From assembly GCF_009914755.1 (NCBI RefSeq), contig NC_060931.1: a stretch of 64,000 bases of DNA; one strand, written 5' to 3'. The DNA is from the human T2T-CHM13v2.0 reference genome, Homo sapiens. Within the stretch, counting starts at the first letter, position 1. The number at the start of each line of letters is the position of its first letter. The position numbers and the translations under genes are program-made. The notes under the pieces were generated by a model. That model was not told the DNA's origin, did not search any database, and saw only the letters and a program-made list of their open reading frames with translations. Below, piece by piece: positions 41,501-54,900 of this stretch.

Positions 41501-42924
41501 CTCAGTAACTTCTTTGTGCTGTGTGTATTCAACTCACAGAGTGGAACGTCCCTTTGCACAGAGCAGATTTGAAACACTCTTTTTGTGGAGTTTGCAAGTG
41601 GAGATTTCAAGCGATTTGATGCCAACAGTAGAAAAGGAAATATCTTCAAATAAAAACTAGACAGAATCATTCTCAGAAACTACTTTGTGATGTGTGCCTT
41701 CAACTCACAGAGTTTAACCTTTCTTTTCTTAGAGCAGTTTAGAAACACTCTGCTTGTTACGTCTGCAAGTGGATATTTGGACCTCTTTGAGGCCTTCGTT
41801 GCAAACGGGGTTTCTTCCTTTCATGCTAGACTAAGAAGAGTTCTCAGTAACTTTTTTGTGTTGTGTGTATTCAACTCACAGAGTTGAACCTTGCTTTAGA
41901 GAGAGCAGATTTGAAACACTCTTGCTGTGGCATTTTCAGGTGGAGATTTCAAGCGATTTGAGGACAATTGCAGAAAAGGAAATATCTTCGTATAATAACC
42001 AGACAGAATCATTCTCAGAAAGTGCTTTGTGATGTGTGCGTTCAACTCACAGAGTTTAACCTTTCTTTTCATAGAGGAGTTTGGAAACACACTGTTTGTA
42101 AAGTCTGCAAGTGGATATATGGACCTGTTTAAGGCCTTCGTTGGAAACGGGATTTCTTCATTGAATGCTAGACGGAAGAATTCTCAGTAAATTCTTTGTG
42201 TTGTGTGCATTCAACTCACAGAGTGGAACGTCCCTTTAGACAGAGCAGATTTGAAACACTCTTTTTGCGGAATTTGCAAGTGGAGATTTCTAGCCATTTG
42301 ATGCCAACAGTAGAAAGGGAAATATCTTCAAATAAAAACCAGACAGAATCATTCTCAGAAAATTCTTTGTGATGTGTGCGTTCAACTCACATAGTTTAAC
42401 CTTTCTTTTCATAGAGCAGTTTGGAAACACTCTGTTTGTAAAGTCTGCAAGTGGATATATGGACCGCATTGAGGCCTTCGTTGGAAACGGGATTTCTTCA
42501 TTTCATGCTAGACAGAAGAATTCTCAGTAACTTCTTTGTGCTGTGTGTATTCAACTCACAGAGTGGAACGTCCCTTTGCACAGAGCAGATTTGAAACACT
42601 CTTTTTGTGGAGTTTGCAAGTGGAGATTTCAAGCGATTTGATGCCAACAGTAGAAAAGGAAATATCTTCAAATAAAAACTAGACAGAATCATTCTCAGAA
42701 ACTACTTTGTGATGTGTGCCTTCAACTCACAGAGTTTAACCTTTCTTTTCTTAGAGCAGTTTAGAAACACTCTGCTTGTTATGTCTGCAAGTGGATATTT
42801 GGACCTCTTTGAGGCCTTCGTTGCAAACGGGGTTTCTTCCTTTCATGCTAGACTAAGAAGAGTTCTCAGTAACTTTTTTGTGTTGTGTGTATTCAACTCA
42901 CAGAGTTGAACCTTGCTTTAGAGA
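23507..42924 (+). repeat. Super-HOR tandem duplication: four blocks of 5, 4, 5 and 5 HORs (HOR24-28, 29-32, 33-37, 38-42)
   Basis: The same ordered set of rare variants recurs: 878A at 25406/29494/34604/39714, 343A at 25893/29981/35091/40201, the extended T-run in HOR26/30/35/40, and 880C in HOR27/31/36/41. Spacings are 4088, 5110 and 5110 bp. Confidence 0.9.
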
Positions 42925-45900
42925 GAGCAGATTTGAAACACTCTTGCTGTGGCATTTTCAGGTGGAGATTTCAAGCGATTTGAGGACAATTGCAGAAAAG
43001 GAAATATCTTCGTATAATAACCAGACAGAATCATTCTCAGAAAGTGCTTTGTGATGTGTGCGTTCAACTCACAGAGTTTAACCTTTCTTTTCATAGAGGA
43101 GTTTGGAAACACACTGTTTGTAAAGTCTGCAAGTGGATATATGGACCTGTTTGAGGCCTTCGTTGGAAACGGGATTTCTTCATTGAATGCTAGACGGAAG
43201 AATTCTCAGTAAATTCTTTGTGTTGTGTGCATTCAACTCACAGAGTGGAACGTCCCTTTAGACAGAGCAGATTTGAAACACTCTTTTTGCGGAATTTGCA
43301 AGTGGAGATTTCTAGCCATTTGATGCCAACAGTAGAAAGGGAAATATCTTCAAATAAAAACCAGACAGAATCATTCTCAGAAAATTCTTTGTGATGTGTG
43401 CGTTCAACTCACATAGTTTAACCTTTCTTTTCATAGAGCAGTTTGGAAACACTCTGTTTGTAAAGTCTGCAAGTGGATATAGGGACCGCATTGAGGCCTT
43501 CGTTGGAAACGGGATTTCTTCATTTCATGCTAGACAGAAGAATTCTCAGTAACTTCTTTGTGCTGTGTGTATTCAACTCACAGAGTGGAACGTCCCTTTG
43601 CACAGAGCAGATTTGAAACACTCTTTTTGTGGAGTTTGCAAGTGGAGATTTCAAGCGATTTGATGCCAACAGTAGAAAAGGAAATATCTTCAAATAAAAA
43701 CTAGACAGAATCATTCTCAGAAACTACTTTGTGATGTGTGCCTTCAACTCACAGAGTTTAACCTTTCTTTTCTTAGAGCAGTTTAGAAACACTCTGCTTG
43801 TTACGTCTGCAAGTGGATATTTGGACCTCTTTGAGGCCTTCGTTGCAAACGGGGTTTCTTCCTTTCATGCTAGACTAAGAAGAGTTCTCAGTAACTTTTT
43901 TGTGTTGTGTGTATTCAACTCACAGAGTTGAACCTTGCTTTAGAGAGAGCAGATTTGAAACACTCTTGCTGTGGCATTTTCAGGTGGAGATTTCAAGCGA
44001 TTTGAGGACAATTGCAGAAAAGGAAATATCTTCGTATAATAACCAGACAGAATCATTCTCAGAAAGTGCTTTGTGATGTGTGCGTTCAACTCACAGAGTT
44101 TAACCTTTCTTTTCATAGAGGAGTTTGGAAACACACTGTTTGTAAAGTCTGCAAGTGGATATATGGACCTGTTTAAGGCCTTCGTTGGAAACGGGATTTC
44201 TTCATTGAATGCTAGACGGAAGAATTCTCAGTAAATTCTTTGTGTTGTGTGCATTCAACTCACAGAGTGGAACGTCCCTTTAGACAGAGCAGATTTGAAA
44301 CACTCTTTTTGCGGAATTTGCAAGTGGAGATTTCTAGCCATTTGATGCCAACAGTAGAAAGGGAAATATCTTCAAATAAAAACCAGACAGAATCATTCTC
44401 AGAAAATTCTTTGTGATGTGTGCGTTCAACTCACATAGTTTAACCTTTCTTTTCATAGAGCAGTTTGGAAACACTCTGTTTGTAAAGTCTGCAAGTGGAT
44501 ATATGGACCGCATTGAGGCCTTCGTTGGAAACGGGATTTCTTCATTTCATGCTAGACAGAAGAATTCTCAGTAACTTCTTTGTGCTGTGTGTATTCAACT
44601 CACAGAGTGGAACGTCCCTTTGCACAGAGCAGATTTGAAACACTCTTTTTGTGGAGTTTGCAAGTGGAGATTTCAAGCGATTTGATGCCAACAGTAGAAA
44701 AGGAAATATCTTCAAATAAAAACTAGACAGAATCATTCTCAGAAACTACTTTGTGATGTGTGCCTTCAACTCACAGAGTTTAACCTTTCTTTTCTTAGAG
44801 CAGTTTAGAAACACTCTGCTTGTTATGTCTGCAAGTGGATATTTGGACCTCTTTGAGGCCTTCGTTGCAAACGGGGTTTCTTCCTTTCATGCTAGACTAA
44901 GAAGAGTTCTCAGTAACTTTTTTGTGTTGTGTGTATTCAACTCACAGAGTTGAACCTTGCTTTAGAGAGAGCAGATTTGAAACACTCTTGCTGTGGCATT
45001 TTCAGGTGGAGATTTCAAGCGATTTGAGGACAATTGCAGAAAAGGAAATATCTTCGTATAATAACCAGACAGAATCATTCTCAGAAAGTGCTTTGTGATG
45101 TGTGCGTTCAACTCACAGAGTTTAACCTTTCTTTTCATAGAGGAGTTTGGAAACACACTGTTTGTAAAGTCTGCAAGTGGATATATGGACCTGTTTGAGG
45201 CCTTCGTTGGAAACGGGATTTCTTCATTGAATGCTAGACGGAAGAATTCTCAGTAAATTCTTTGTGTTGTGTGCATTCAACTCACAGAGTGGAACGTCCC
45301 TTTAGACAGAGCAGATTTGAAACACTCTTTTTGCGGAATTTGCAAGTGGAGATTTCTAGCCATTTGATGCCAACAGTAGAAAGGGAAATATCTTCAAATA
45401 AAAACCAGACAGAATCATTCTCAGAAAATTCTTTGTGATGTGTGCGTTCAACTCACATAGTTTAACCTTTCTTTTCATAGAGCAGTTTGGAAACACTCTG
45501 TTTGTAAAGTCTGCAAGTGGATATAGGGACCGCATTGAGGCCTTCGTTGGAAACGGGATTTCTTCATTTCATGCTAGACAGAAGAATTCTCAGTAACTTC
45601 TTTGTGCTGTGTGTATTCAACTCACAGAGTGGAACGTCCCTTTGCACAGAGCAGATTTGAAACACTCTTTTTGTGGAGTTTGCAAGTGGAGATTTCAAGC
45701 GATTTGATGCCAACAGTAGAAAAGGAAATATCTTCAAATAAAAACTAGACAGAATCATTCTCAGAAACTACTTTGTGATGTGTGCCTTCAACTCACAGAG
45801 TTTAACCTTTCTTTTCTTAGAGAAGTTTAGAAACACTCTGCTTGTTACGTCTGCAAGTGGATATTTGGACCTCTTTGAGGCCTTCGTTGCAAACGGGGTT

Positions 45901-48900
45901 TCTTCCTTTCATGCTAGACTAAGAAGAGTTCTCAGTAACTTTTTTGTGTTGTGTGTATTCAACTCACAGAGTTGAACCTTGCTTTAGAGAGAGCAGATTT
46001 GAAACACTCTTGCTGTGGCATTTTCAGGTGGAGATTTCAAGCGATTTGAGGACAATTGCAGAAAAGGAAATATCTTCGTATAATAACCAGACAGAATCAT
46101 TCTCAGAAAGTGCTTTGTGATGTGTGCGTTCAACTCACAGAGTTTAACCTTTCTTTTCATAGAGGAGTTTGGAAACACACTGTTTGTAAAGTCTGCAAGT
46201 GGATATATGGACCTGTTTGAGGCCTTCGTTGGAAACGGGATTTCTTCATTGAATGCTAGACGGAAGAATTCTCAGTAAATTCTTTGTGTTGTGTGCATTC
46301 AACTCACAGAGTGGAACGTCCCTTTAGACAGAGCAGATTTGAAACACTCTTTTTGCGGAATTTGCAAGTGGAGATTTCTAGCCATTTGATGCCAACAGTA
46401 GAAAGGGAAATATCTTCAAATAAAAACCAGACAGAATCATTCTCAGAAAATTCTTTGTGATGTGTGCGTTCAACTCACATAGTTTAACCTTTCTTTTCAT
46501 AGAGCAGTTTGGAAACACTCTGTTTGTAAAGTCTGCAAGTGGATATATGGACCGCATTGAGGCCTTCGTTGGAAACGGGATTTCTTCATTTCATGCTAGA
46601 CAGAAGAATTCTCAGTAACTTCTTTGTGCTGTGTGTATTCAACTCACAGAGTGGAACGTCCCTTTGCACAGAGCAGATTTGAAACACTCTTTTTGTGGAG
46701 TTTGCAAGTGGAGATTTCAAGCGATTTGATGCCAACAGTAGAAAAGGAAATATCTTCAAATAAAAACTAGACAGAATCATTCTCAGAAACTACTTTGTGA
46801 TGTGTGCCTTCAACTCACAGAGTTTAACCTTTCTTTTCTTAGAGCAGTTTAGAAACACTCTGCTTGTTATGTCTGCAAGTGGATATTTGGACCTCTTTGA
46901 GGCCTTCGTTGCAAACGGGGTTTCTTCCTTTCATGCTAGACTAAGAAGAGTTCTCAGTAACTTTTTTGTGTTGTGTGTATTCAACTCACAGAGTTGAACC
47001 TTGCTTTAGAGAGAGCAGATTTGAAACACTCTTGCTGTGGCATTTTCAGGTGGAGATTTCAAGCGATTTGAGGACAATTGCAGAAAAGGAAATATCTTCG
47101 TATAATAACCAGACAGAATCATTCTCAGAAAGTGCTTTGTGATGTGTGCGTTCAACTCACAGAGTTTAACCTTTCTTTTCATAGAGGAGTTTGGAAACAC
47201 ACTGTTTGTAAAGTCTGCAAGTGGATATATGGACCTGTTTGAGGCCTTCGTTGGAAACGGGATTTCTTCATTGAATGCTAGACGGAAGAATTCTCAGTAA
47301 ATTCTTTGTGTTGTGTGCATTCAACTCACAGAGTGGAACGTCCCTTTAGACAGAGCAGATTTGAAACACTCTTTTTGCGGAATTTGCAAGTGGAGATTTC
47401 TAGCCATTTGATGCCAACAGTAGAAAGGGAAATATCTTCAAATAAAAACCAGACAGAATCATTCTCAGAAAATTCTTTGTGATGTGTGCGTTCAACTCAC
47501 ATAGTTTAACCTTTCTTTTCATAGAGCAGTTTGGAAACACTCTGTTTGTAAAGTCTGCAAGTGGATATATGGACCGCATTGAGGCCTTCGTTGGAAACGG
47601 GATTTCTTCATTTCATGCTAGACAGAAGAATTCTCAGTAACTTCTTTGTGCTGTGTGTATTCAACTCACAGAGTGGAACGTCCCTTTGCACAGAGCAGAT
47701 TTGAAACACTCTTTTTGTGGAGTTTGCAAGTGGAGATTTCAAGCGATTTGATGCCAACAGTAGAAAAGGAAATATCTTCAAATAAAAACTAGACAGAATC
47801 ATTCTCAGAAACTACTTTGTGATGTGTGCCTTCAACTCACAGAGTTTAACCTTTCTTTTCTTAGAGCAGTTTAGAAACACTCTGCTTGTTACGTCTGCAA
47901 GTGGATATTTGGACCTCTTTGAGGCCTTCGTTGCAAACGGGGTTTCTTCCTTTCATGCTAGACTAAGAAGAGTTCTCAGTAACTTTTTTGTGTTGTGTGT
48001 ATTCAACTCACAGTGTTGAACCCTGCTTTAGAGAGAGCAGATTTGAAACACTCTTGCTGTGGCATTTTCAGGTGGAGATTTCAAGCGATTTGAGGACAAT
48101 TGCAGAAAAGGAAATATCTTCGTATAATAACCAGACAGAATCATTCTCAGAAAGTGCTTTGTGATGTGTGCGTTCAACTCACAGAGTTTAACCTTTCTTT
48201 TCATAGAGGAGTTTGGAAACACACTGTTTGTAAAGTCTGCAAGTGGATATATGGACCTGTTTGAGGCCTTCGTTGGAAACGGGATTTCTTCATTGAATGC
48301 TAGACGGAAGAATTCTCAGTAAATTCTTTGTGTTGTGTGCATTCAACTCACAGAGTGGAACGTCCCTTTAGACAGAGCAGATTTGAAACACTCTTTTTGC
48401 GGAATTTGCAAGTGGAGATTTCTAGCCATTTGATGCCAACAGTAGAAAGGGAAATATCTTCAAATAAAAACCAGACAGAATCATTCTCAGAAAATTCTTT
48501 GTGATGTGTGCGTTCAACTCACATAGTTTAACCTTTCTTTTCATAGAGCAGTTTGGAAACACTCTGTTTGTAAAGTCTGCAAGTGGATATATGGACCGCA
48601 TTGAGGCCTTCGTTGGAAACGGGATTTCTTCATTTCATGCTAGACAGAAGAATTCTCAGTAACTTCTTTGTGCTGTGTGTATTCAACTCACAGAGTGGAA
48701 CGTCCCTTTGCACAGAGCAGATTTGAAACACTCTTTTTGTGGAGTTTGCAAGTGGAGATTTCAAGCGATTTGATGCCAACAGTAGAAAAGGAAATATCTT
48801 CAAATAAAAACTAGACAGAATCATTCTCAGAAACTACTTTGTGATGTGTGCCTTCAACTCACAGAGTTTAACCTTTCTTTTCTTAGAGCAGTTTAGAAAC

Positions 48901-51900
48901 ACTCTGCTTGTTATGTCTGCAAGTGGATATTTGGACCTCTTTGAGGCCTTCGTTGCAAACGGGGTTTCTTCCTTTCATGCTAGACTAAGAAGAGTTCTCA
49001 GTAACTTTTTTGTGTTGTGTGTATTCAACTCACAGAGTTGAACCTTGCTTTAGAGAGAGCAGATTTGAAACACTCTTGCTGTGGCATTTTCAGGTGGAGA
49101 TTTCAAGCGATTTGAGGACAATTGCAGAAAAGGAAATATCTTCGTATAATAACCAGACAGAATCATTCTCAGAAAGTGCTTTGTGATGTGTGCGTTCAAC
49201 TCACAGAGTTTAACCTTTCTTTTCATAGAGGAGTTTGGAAACACACTGTTTGTAAAGTCTGCAAGTGGATATATGGACCTGTTTGAGGCCTTCGTTGGAA
49301 ACGGGATTTCTTCATTGAATGCTAGACGGAAGAATTCTCAGTAAATTCTTTGTGTTGTGTGCATTCAACTCACAGAGTGGAACGTCCCTTTAGACAGAGC
49401 AGATTTGAAACACTCTTTTTGCGGAATTTGCAAGTGGAGATTTCTAGCCATTTGATGCCAACAGTAGAAAGGGAAATATCTTCAAATAAAAACCAGACAG
49501 AATCATTCTCAGAAAATTCTTTGTGATGTGTGCGTTCAACTCACATAGTTTAACCTTTCTTTTCATAGAGCAGTTTGGAAACACTCTGTTTGTAAAGTCT
49601 GCAAGTGGATATAGGGACCGCATTGAGGCCTTCGTTGGAAACGGGATTTCTTCATTTCATGCTAGACAGAAGAATTCTCAGTAACTTCTTTGTGCTGTGT
49701 GTATTCAACTCACAGAGTGGAACGTCCCTTTGCACAGAGCAGATTTGAAACACTCTTTTTGTGGAGTTTGCAAGTGGAGATTTCAAGCGATTTGATGCCA
49801 ACAGTAGAAAAGGAAATATCTTCAAATAAAAACTAGACAGAATCATTCTCAGAAACTACTTTGTGATGTGTGCCTTCAACTCACAGAGTTTAACCTTTCT
49901 TTTCTTAGAGCAGTTTAGAAACACTCTGCTTGTTACGTCTGCAAGTGGATATTTGGACCTCTTTGAGGCCTTCGTTGCAAACGGGGTTTCTTCCTTTCAT
50001 GCTAGACTAAGAAGAGTTCTCAGTAACTTTTTTGTGTTGTGTGTATTCAACTCACAGAGTTGAACCTTGCTTTAGAGAGAGCAGATTTGAAACACTCTTG
50101 CTGTGGCATTTTCAGGTGGAGATTTCAAGCGATTTGAGGACAATTGCAGAAAAGGAAATATCTTCGTATAATAACCAGACAGAATCATTCTCAGAAAGTG
50201 CTTTGTGATGTGTGCGTTCAACTCACAGAGTTTAACCTTTCTTTTCATAGAGGAGTTTGGAAACACACTGTTTGTAAAGTCTGCAAGTGGATATATGGAC
50301 CTGTTTGAGGCCTTCGTTGGAAACGGGATTTCTTCTTTGAATGCTAGACGGAAGAATTCTCAGTAAATTCTTTGTGTTGTGTGCATTCAACTCACAGAGT
50401 GGAACGTCCCTTTAGACAGAGCAGATTTGAAACACTCTTTTTGCGGAATTTGCAAGTGGAGATTTCTAGCCATTTGATGCCAACAGTAGAAAGGGAAATA
50501 TCTTCAAATAAAAACCAGACAGAATCATTCTCAGAAAATTCTTTGTGATGTGTGCGTTCAACTCACATAGTTTAACCTTTCTTTTCATAGAGCAGTTTGG
50601 AAACACTCTGTTTGTAAAGTCTGCAAGTGGATATATGGACCGCATTGAGGCCTTCGTTGGAAACGGGATTTCTTCATTTCATGCTAGACAGAAGAATTCT
50701 CAGTAACTTCTTTGTGCTGTGTGTATTCAACTCACAGAGTGGAACGTCCCTTTGCACAGAGCAGATTTGAAACACTCTTTTTGTGGAGTTTGCAAGTGGA
50801 GATTTCAAGCGATTTGATGCCAACAGTAGAAAAGGAAATATCTTCAAATAAAAACTAGACAGAATCATTCTCAGAAACTACTTTGTGATGTGTGCCTTCA
50901 ACTCACAGAGTTTAACCTTTCTTTTCTTAGAGCAGTTTAGAAACACTCTGCTTGTTATGTCTGCAAGTGGATATTTGGACCTCTTTGAGGCCTTCGTTGC
51001 AAACGGGGTTTCTTCCTTTCATGCTAGACTAAGAAGAGTTCTCAGTAACTTTTTTGTGTTGTGTGTATTCAACTCACAGAGTTGAACCTTGCTTTAGAGA
51101 GAGCAGATTTGAAACACTCTTGCTGTGGCATTTTCAGGTGGAGATTTCAAGCGATTTGAGGACAATTGCAGAAAAGGAAATATCTTCGTATAATAACCAG
51201 ACAGAATCATTCTCAGAAAGTGCTTTGTGATGTGTGCGTTCAACTCACAGAGTTTAACCTTTCTTTTCATAGAGGAGTTTGGAAACACACTGTTTGTAAA
51301 GTCTGCAAGTGGATATATGGACCTGTTTGAGGCCTTCGTTGGAAACGGGATTTCTTCATTGAATGCTAGACGGAAGAATTCTCAGTAAATTCTTTGTGTT
51401 GTGTGCATTCAACTCACAGAGTGGAACGTCCCTTTAGACAGAGCAGATTTGAAACACTCTTTTTGCGGAATTTGCAAGTGGAGATTTCTAGCCATTTGAT
51501 GCCAACAGTAGAAAGGGAAATATCTTCAAATAAAAACCAGACAGAATCATTCTCAGAAAATTCTTTGTGATGTGTGCGTTCAACTCACATAGTTTAACCT
51601 TTCTTTTCATAGAGCAGTTTGGAAACACTCTGTTTGTAAAGTCTGCAAGTGGATATAGGGACCGCATTGAGGCCTTCGTTGGAAACGGGATTTCTTCATT
51701 TCATGCTAGACAGAAGAATTCTCAGTAACTTCTTTGTGCTGTGTGTATTCAACTCACAGAGTGGAACGTCCCTTTACACAGAGCAGATTTGAAACACTCT
51801 TTTTGTGGAGTTTGCAAGTGGAGATTTCAAGCGATTTGATGCCAACAGTAGAAAAGGAAATATCTTCAAATAAAAACTAGACAGAATCATTCTCAGAAAC

Positions 51901-54900
51901 TACTTTGTGATGTGTGCCTTCAACTCACAGAGTTTAACCTTTCTTTTCTTAGAGCAGTTTAGAAACACTCTGCTTGTTATGTCTGCAAGTGGATATTTGG
52001 ACCTCTTTGAGGCCTTCGTTGCAAACGGGGTTTCTTCCTTTCATGCTAGACTAAGAAGAGTTCTCAGTAACTTTTTTGTGTTGTGTGTATTCAACTCACA
52101 GAGTTGAACCTTGCTTTAGAGAGAGCAGATTTGAAACACTCTTGCTGTGGCATTTTCAGGTGGAGATTTCAAGCGATTTGAGGACAATTGCAGAAAAGGA
52201 AATATCTTCGTATAATAACCAGACAGAATCATTCTCAGAAAGTGCTTTGTGATGTGTGCGTTCAACTCACAGAGTTTAACCTTTCTTTTCATAGAGGAGT
52301 TTGGAAACACACTGTTTGTAAAGTCTGCAAGTGGATACATGGACCTGTTTGAGGCCTTCGTTGGAAACGGGATTTCTTCATTGAATGCTAGACGGAAGAA
52401 TTCTCAGTAAATTCTTTGTGTTGTGTGCATTCAACTCACAGAGTGGAACGTCCCTTTAGACAGAGCAGATTTGAAACACTCTTTTTGCGGAATTTGCAAG
52501 TGGAGATTTCTAGCCATTTGATGCCAACAGTAGAAAGGGAAATATCTTCAAATAAAAACCAGACAGAATCATTCTCAGAAAATTCTTTGTGATGTGTGCG
52601 TTCAACTCACATAGTTTAACCTTTCTTTTCATAGAGCAGTTTGGAAACACTCTGTTTGTAAAGTCTGCAAGTGGATATATGGACCGCATTGAGGCCTTCG
52701 TTGGAAACGGGATTTCTTCATTTCATGCTAGACAGAAGAATTCTCAGTAACTTCTTTGTGCTGTGTGTATTCAACTCACAGAGTGGAACGTCCCTTTGCA
52801 CAGAGCAGATTTGAAACACTCTTTTTGTGGAGTTTGCAAGTGGAGATTTCAAGCGATTTGATGCCAACAGTAGAAAAGGAAATATCTTCAAATAAAAACT
52901 AGACAGAATCATTCTCAGAAACTACTTTGTGATGTGTGCCTTCAACTCACAGAGTTTAACCTTTCTTTTCTTAGAGCAGTTTAGAAACACTCTGCTTGTT
53001 ACGTCTGCAAGTGGATATTTGGACCTCTTTGAGGCCTTCGTTGCAAACGGGGTTTCTTCCTTTCATGCTAGACTAAGAAGAGTTCTCAGTAACTTTTTTG
53101 TGTTGTGTGTATTCAACTCACAGAGTTGAACCTTGCTTTAGAGAGAGCAGATTTGAAACACTCTTGCTGTGGCATTTTCAGGTGGAGATTTCAAGCGATT
53201 TGAGGACAATTGCAGAAAAGGAAATATCTTCGTATAATAACCAGACAGAATCATTCTCAGAAAGTGCTTTGTGATGTGTGCGTTCAACTCACAGAGTTTA
53301 ACCTTTCTTTTCATAGAGGAGTTTGGAAACACACTGTTTGTAAAGTCTGCAAGTGGATACATGGACCTGTTTGAGGCCTTCGTTGGAAACGGGATTTCTT
53401 CATTGAATGCTAGACGGAAGAATTCTCAGTAAATTCTTTGTGTTGTGTGCATTCAACTCACAGAGTGGAACGTCCCTTTAGACAGAGCAGATTTGAAACA
53501 CTCTTTTTGCGGAATTTGCAAGTGGAGATTTCTAGCCATTTGATGCCAACAGTAGAAAGGGAAATATCTTCAAATAAAAACCAGACAGAATCATTCTCAG
53601 AAAATTCTTTGTGATGTGTGCGTTCAACTCACATAGTTTAACCTTTCTTTTCATAGAGCAGTTTGGAAACACTCTGTTTGTAAAGTCTGCAAGTGGATAT
53701 ATGGACCGCATTGAGGCCTTCGTTGGAAACGGGATTTCTTCATTTCATGCTAGACAGAAGAATTCTCAGTAACTTCTTTGTGCTGTGTGTATTCAACTCA
53801 CAGAGTGGAACGTCCCTTTGCACAGAGCAGATTTGAAACACTCTTTTTGTGGAGTTTGCAAGTGGAGATTTCAAGCGATTTGATGCCAACAGTAGAAAAG
53901 GAAATATCTTCAAATAAAAACTAGACAGAATCATTCTCAGAAACTACTTTGTGATGTGTGCCTTCAACTCACAGAGTTTAACCTTTCTTTTCTTAGAGCA
54001 GTTTAGAAACACTCTGCTTGTTACGTCTGCAAGTGGATATTTGGACCTCTTTGAGGCCTTCGTTGCAAACGGGGTTTCTTCCTTTCATGCTAGACTAAGA
54101 AGAGTTCTCAGTAACTTTTTTGTGTTGTGTGTATTCAACTCACAGAGTTGAACCTTGCTTTAGAGAGAGCAGATTTGAAACACTCTTGCTGTGGCATTTT
54201 CAGGTGGAGATTTCAAGCGATTTGAGGACAATTGCAGAAAAGGAAATATCTTCGTATAATAACCAGACAGAATCATTCTCAGAAAGTGCTTTGTGATGTG
54301 TGCGTTCAACTCACAGAGTTTAACCTTTCTTTTCATAGAGGAGTTTGGAAACACACTGTTTGTAAAGTCTGCAAGTGGATATATGGACCTGTTTAAGGCC
54401 TTCGTTGGAAACGGGATTTCTTCATTGAATGCTAGACGGAAGAATTCTCAGTAAATTCTTTGTGTTGTGTGCATTCAACTCACAGAGTGGAACGTCCCTT
54501 TAGACAGAGCAGATTTGAAACACTCTTTTTGCGGAATTTGCAAGTGGAGATTTCTAGCCATTTGATGCCAACAGTAGAAAGGGAAATATCTTCAAATAAA
54601 AACCAGACAGAATCATTCTCAGAAAATTCTTTGTGATGTGTGCGTTCAACTCACATAGTTTAACCTTTCTTTTCATAGAGCAGTTTGGAAACACTCTGTT
54701 TGTAAAGTCTGCAAGTGGATATATGGACCGCATTGAGGCCTTCGTTGGAAACGGGATTTCTTCATTTCATGCTAGACAGAAGAATTCTCAGTAACTTCTT
54801 TGTGCTGTGTGTATTCAACTCACAGAGTGGAACGTCCCTTTGCACAGAGCAGATTTGAAACACTCTTTTTGTGGAGTTTGCAAGTGGAGATTTCAAGCGA

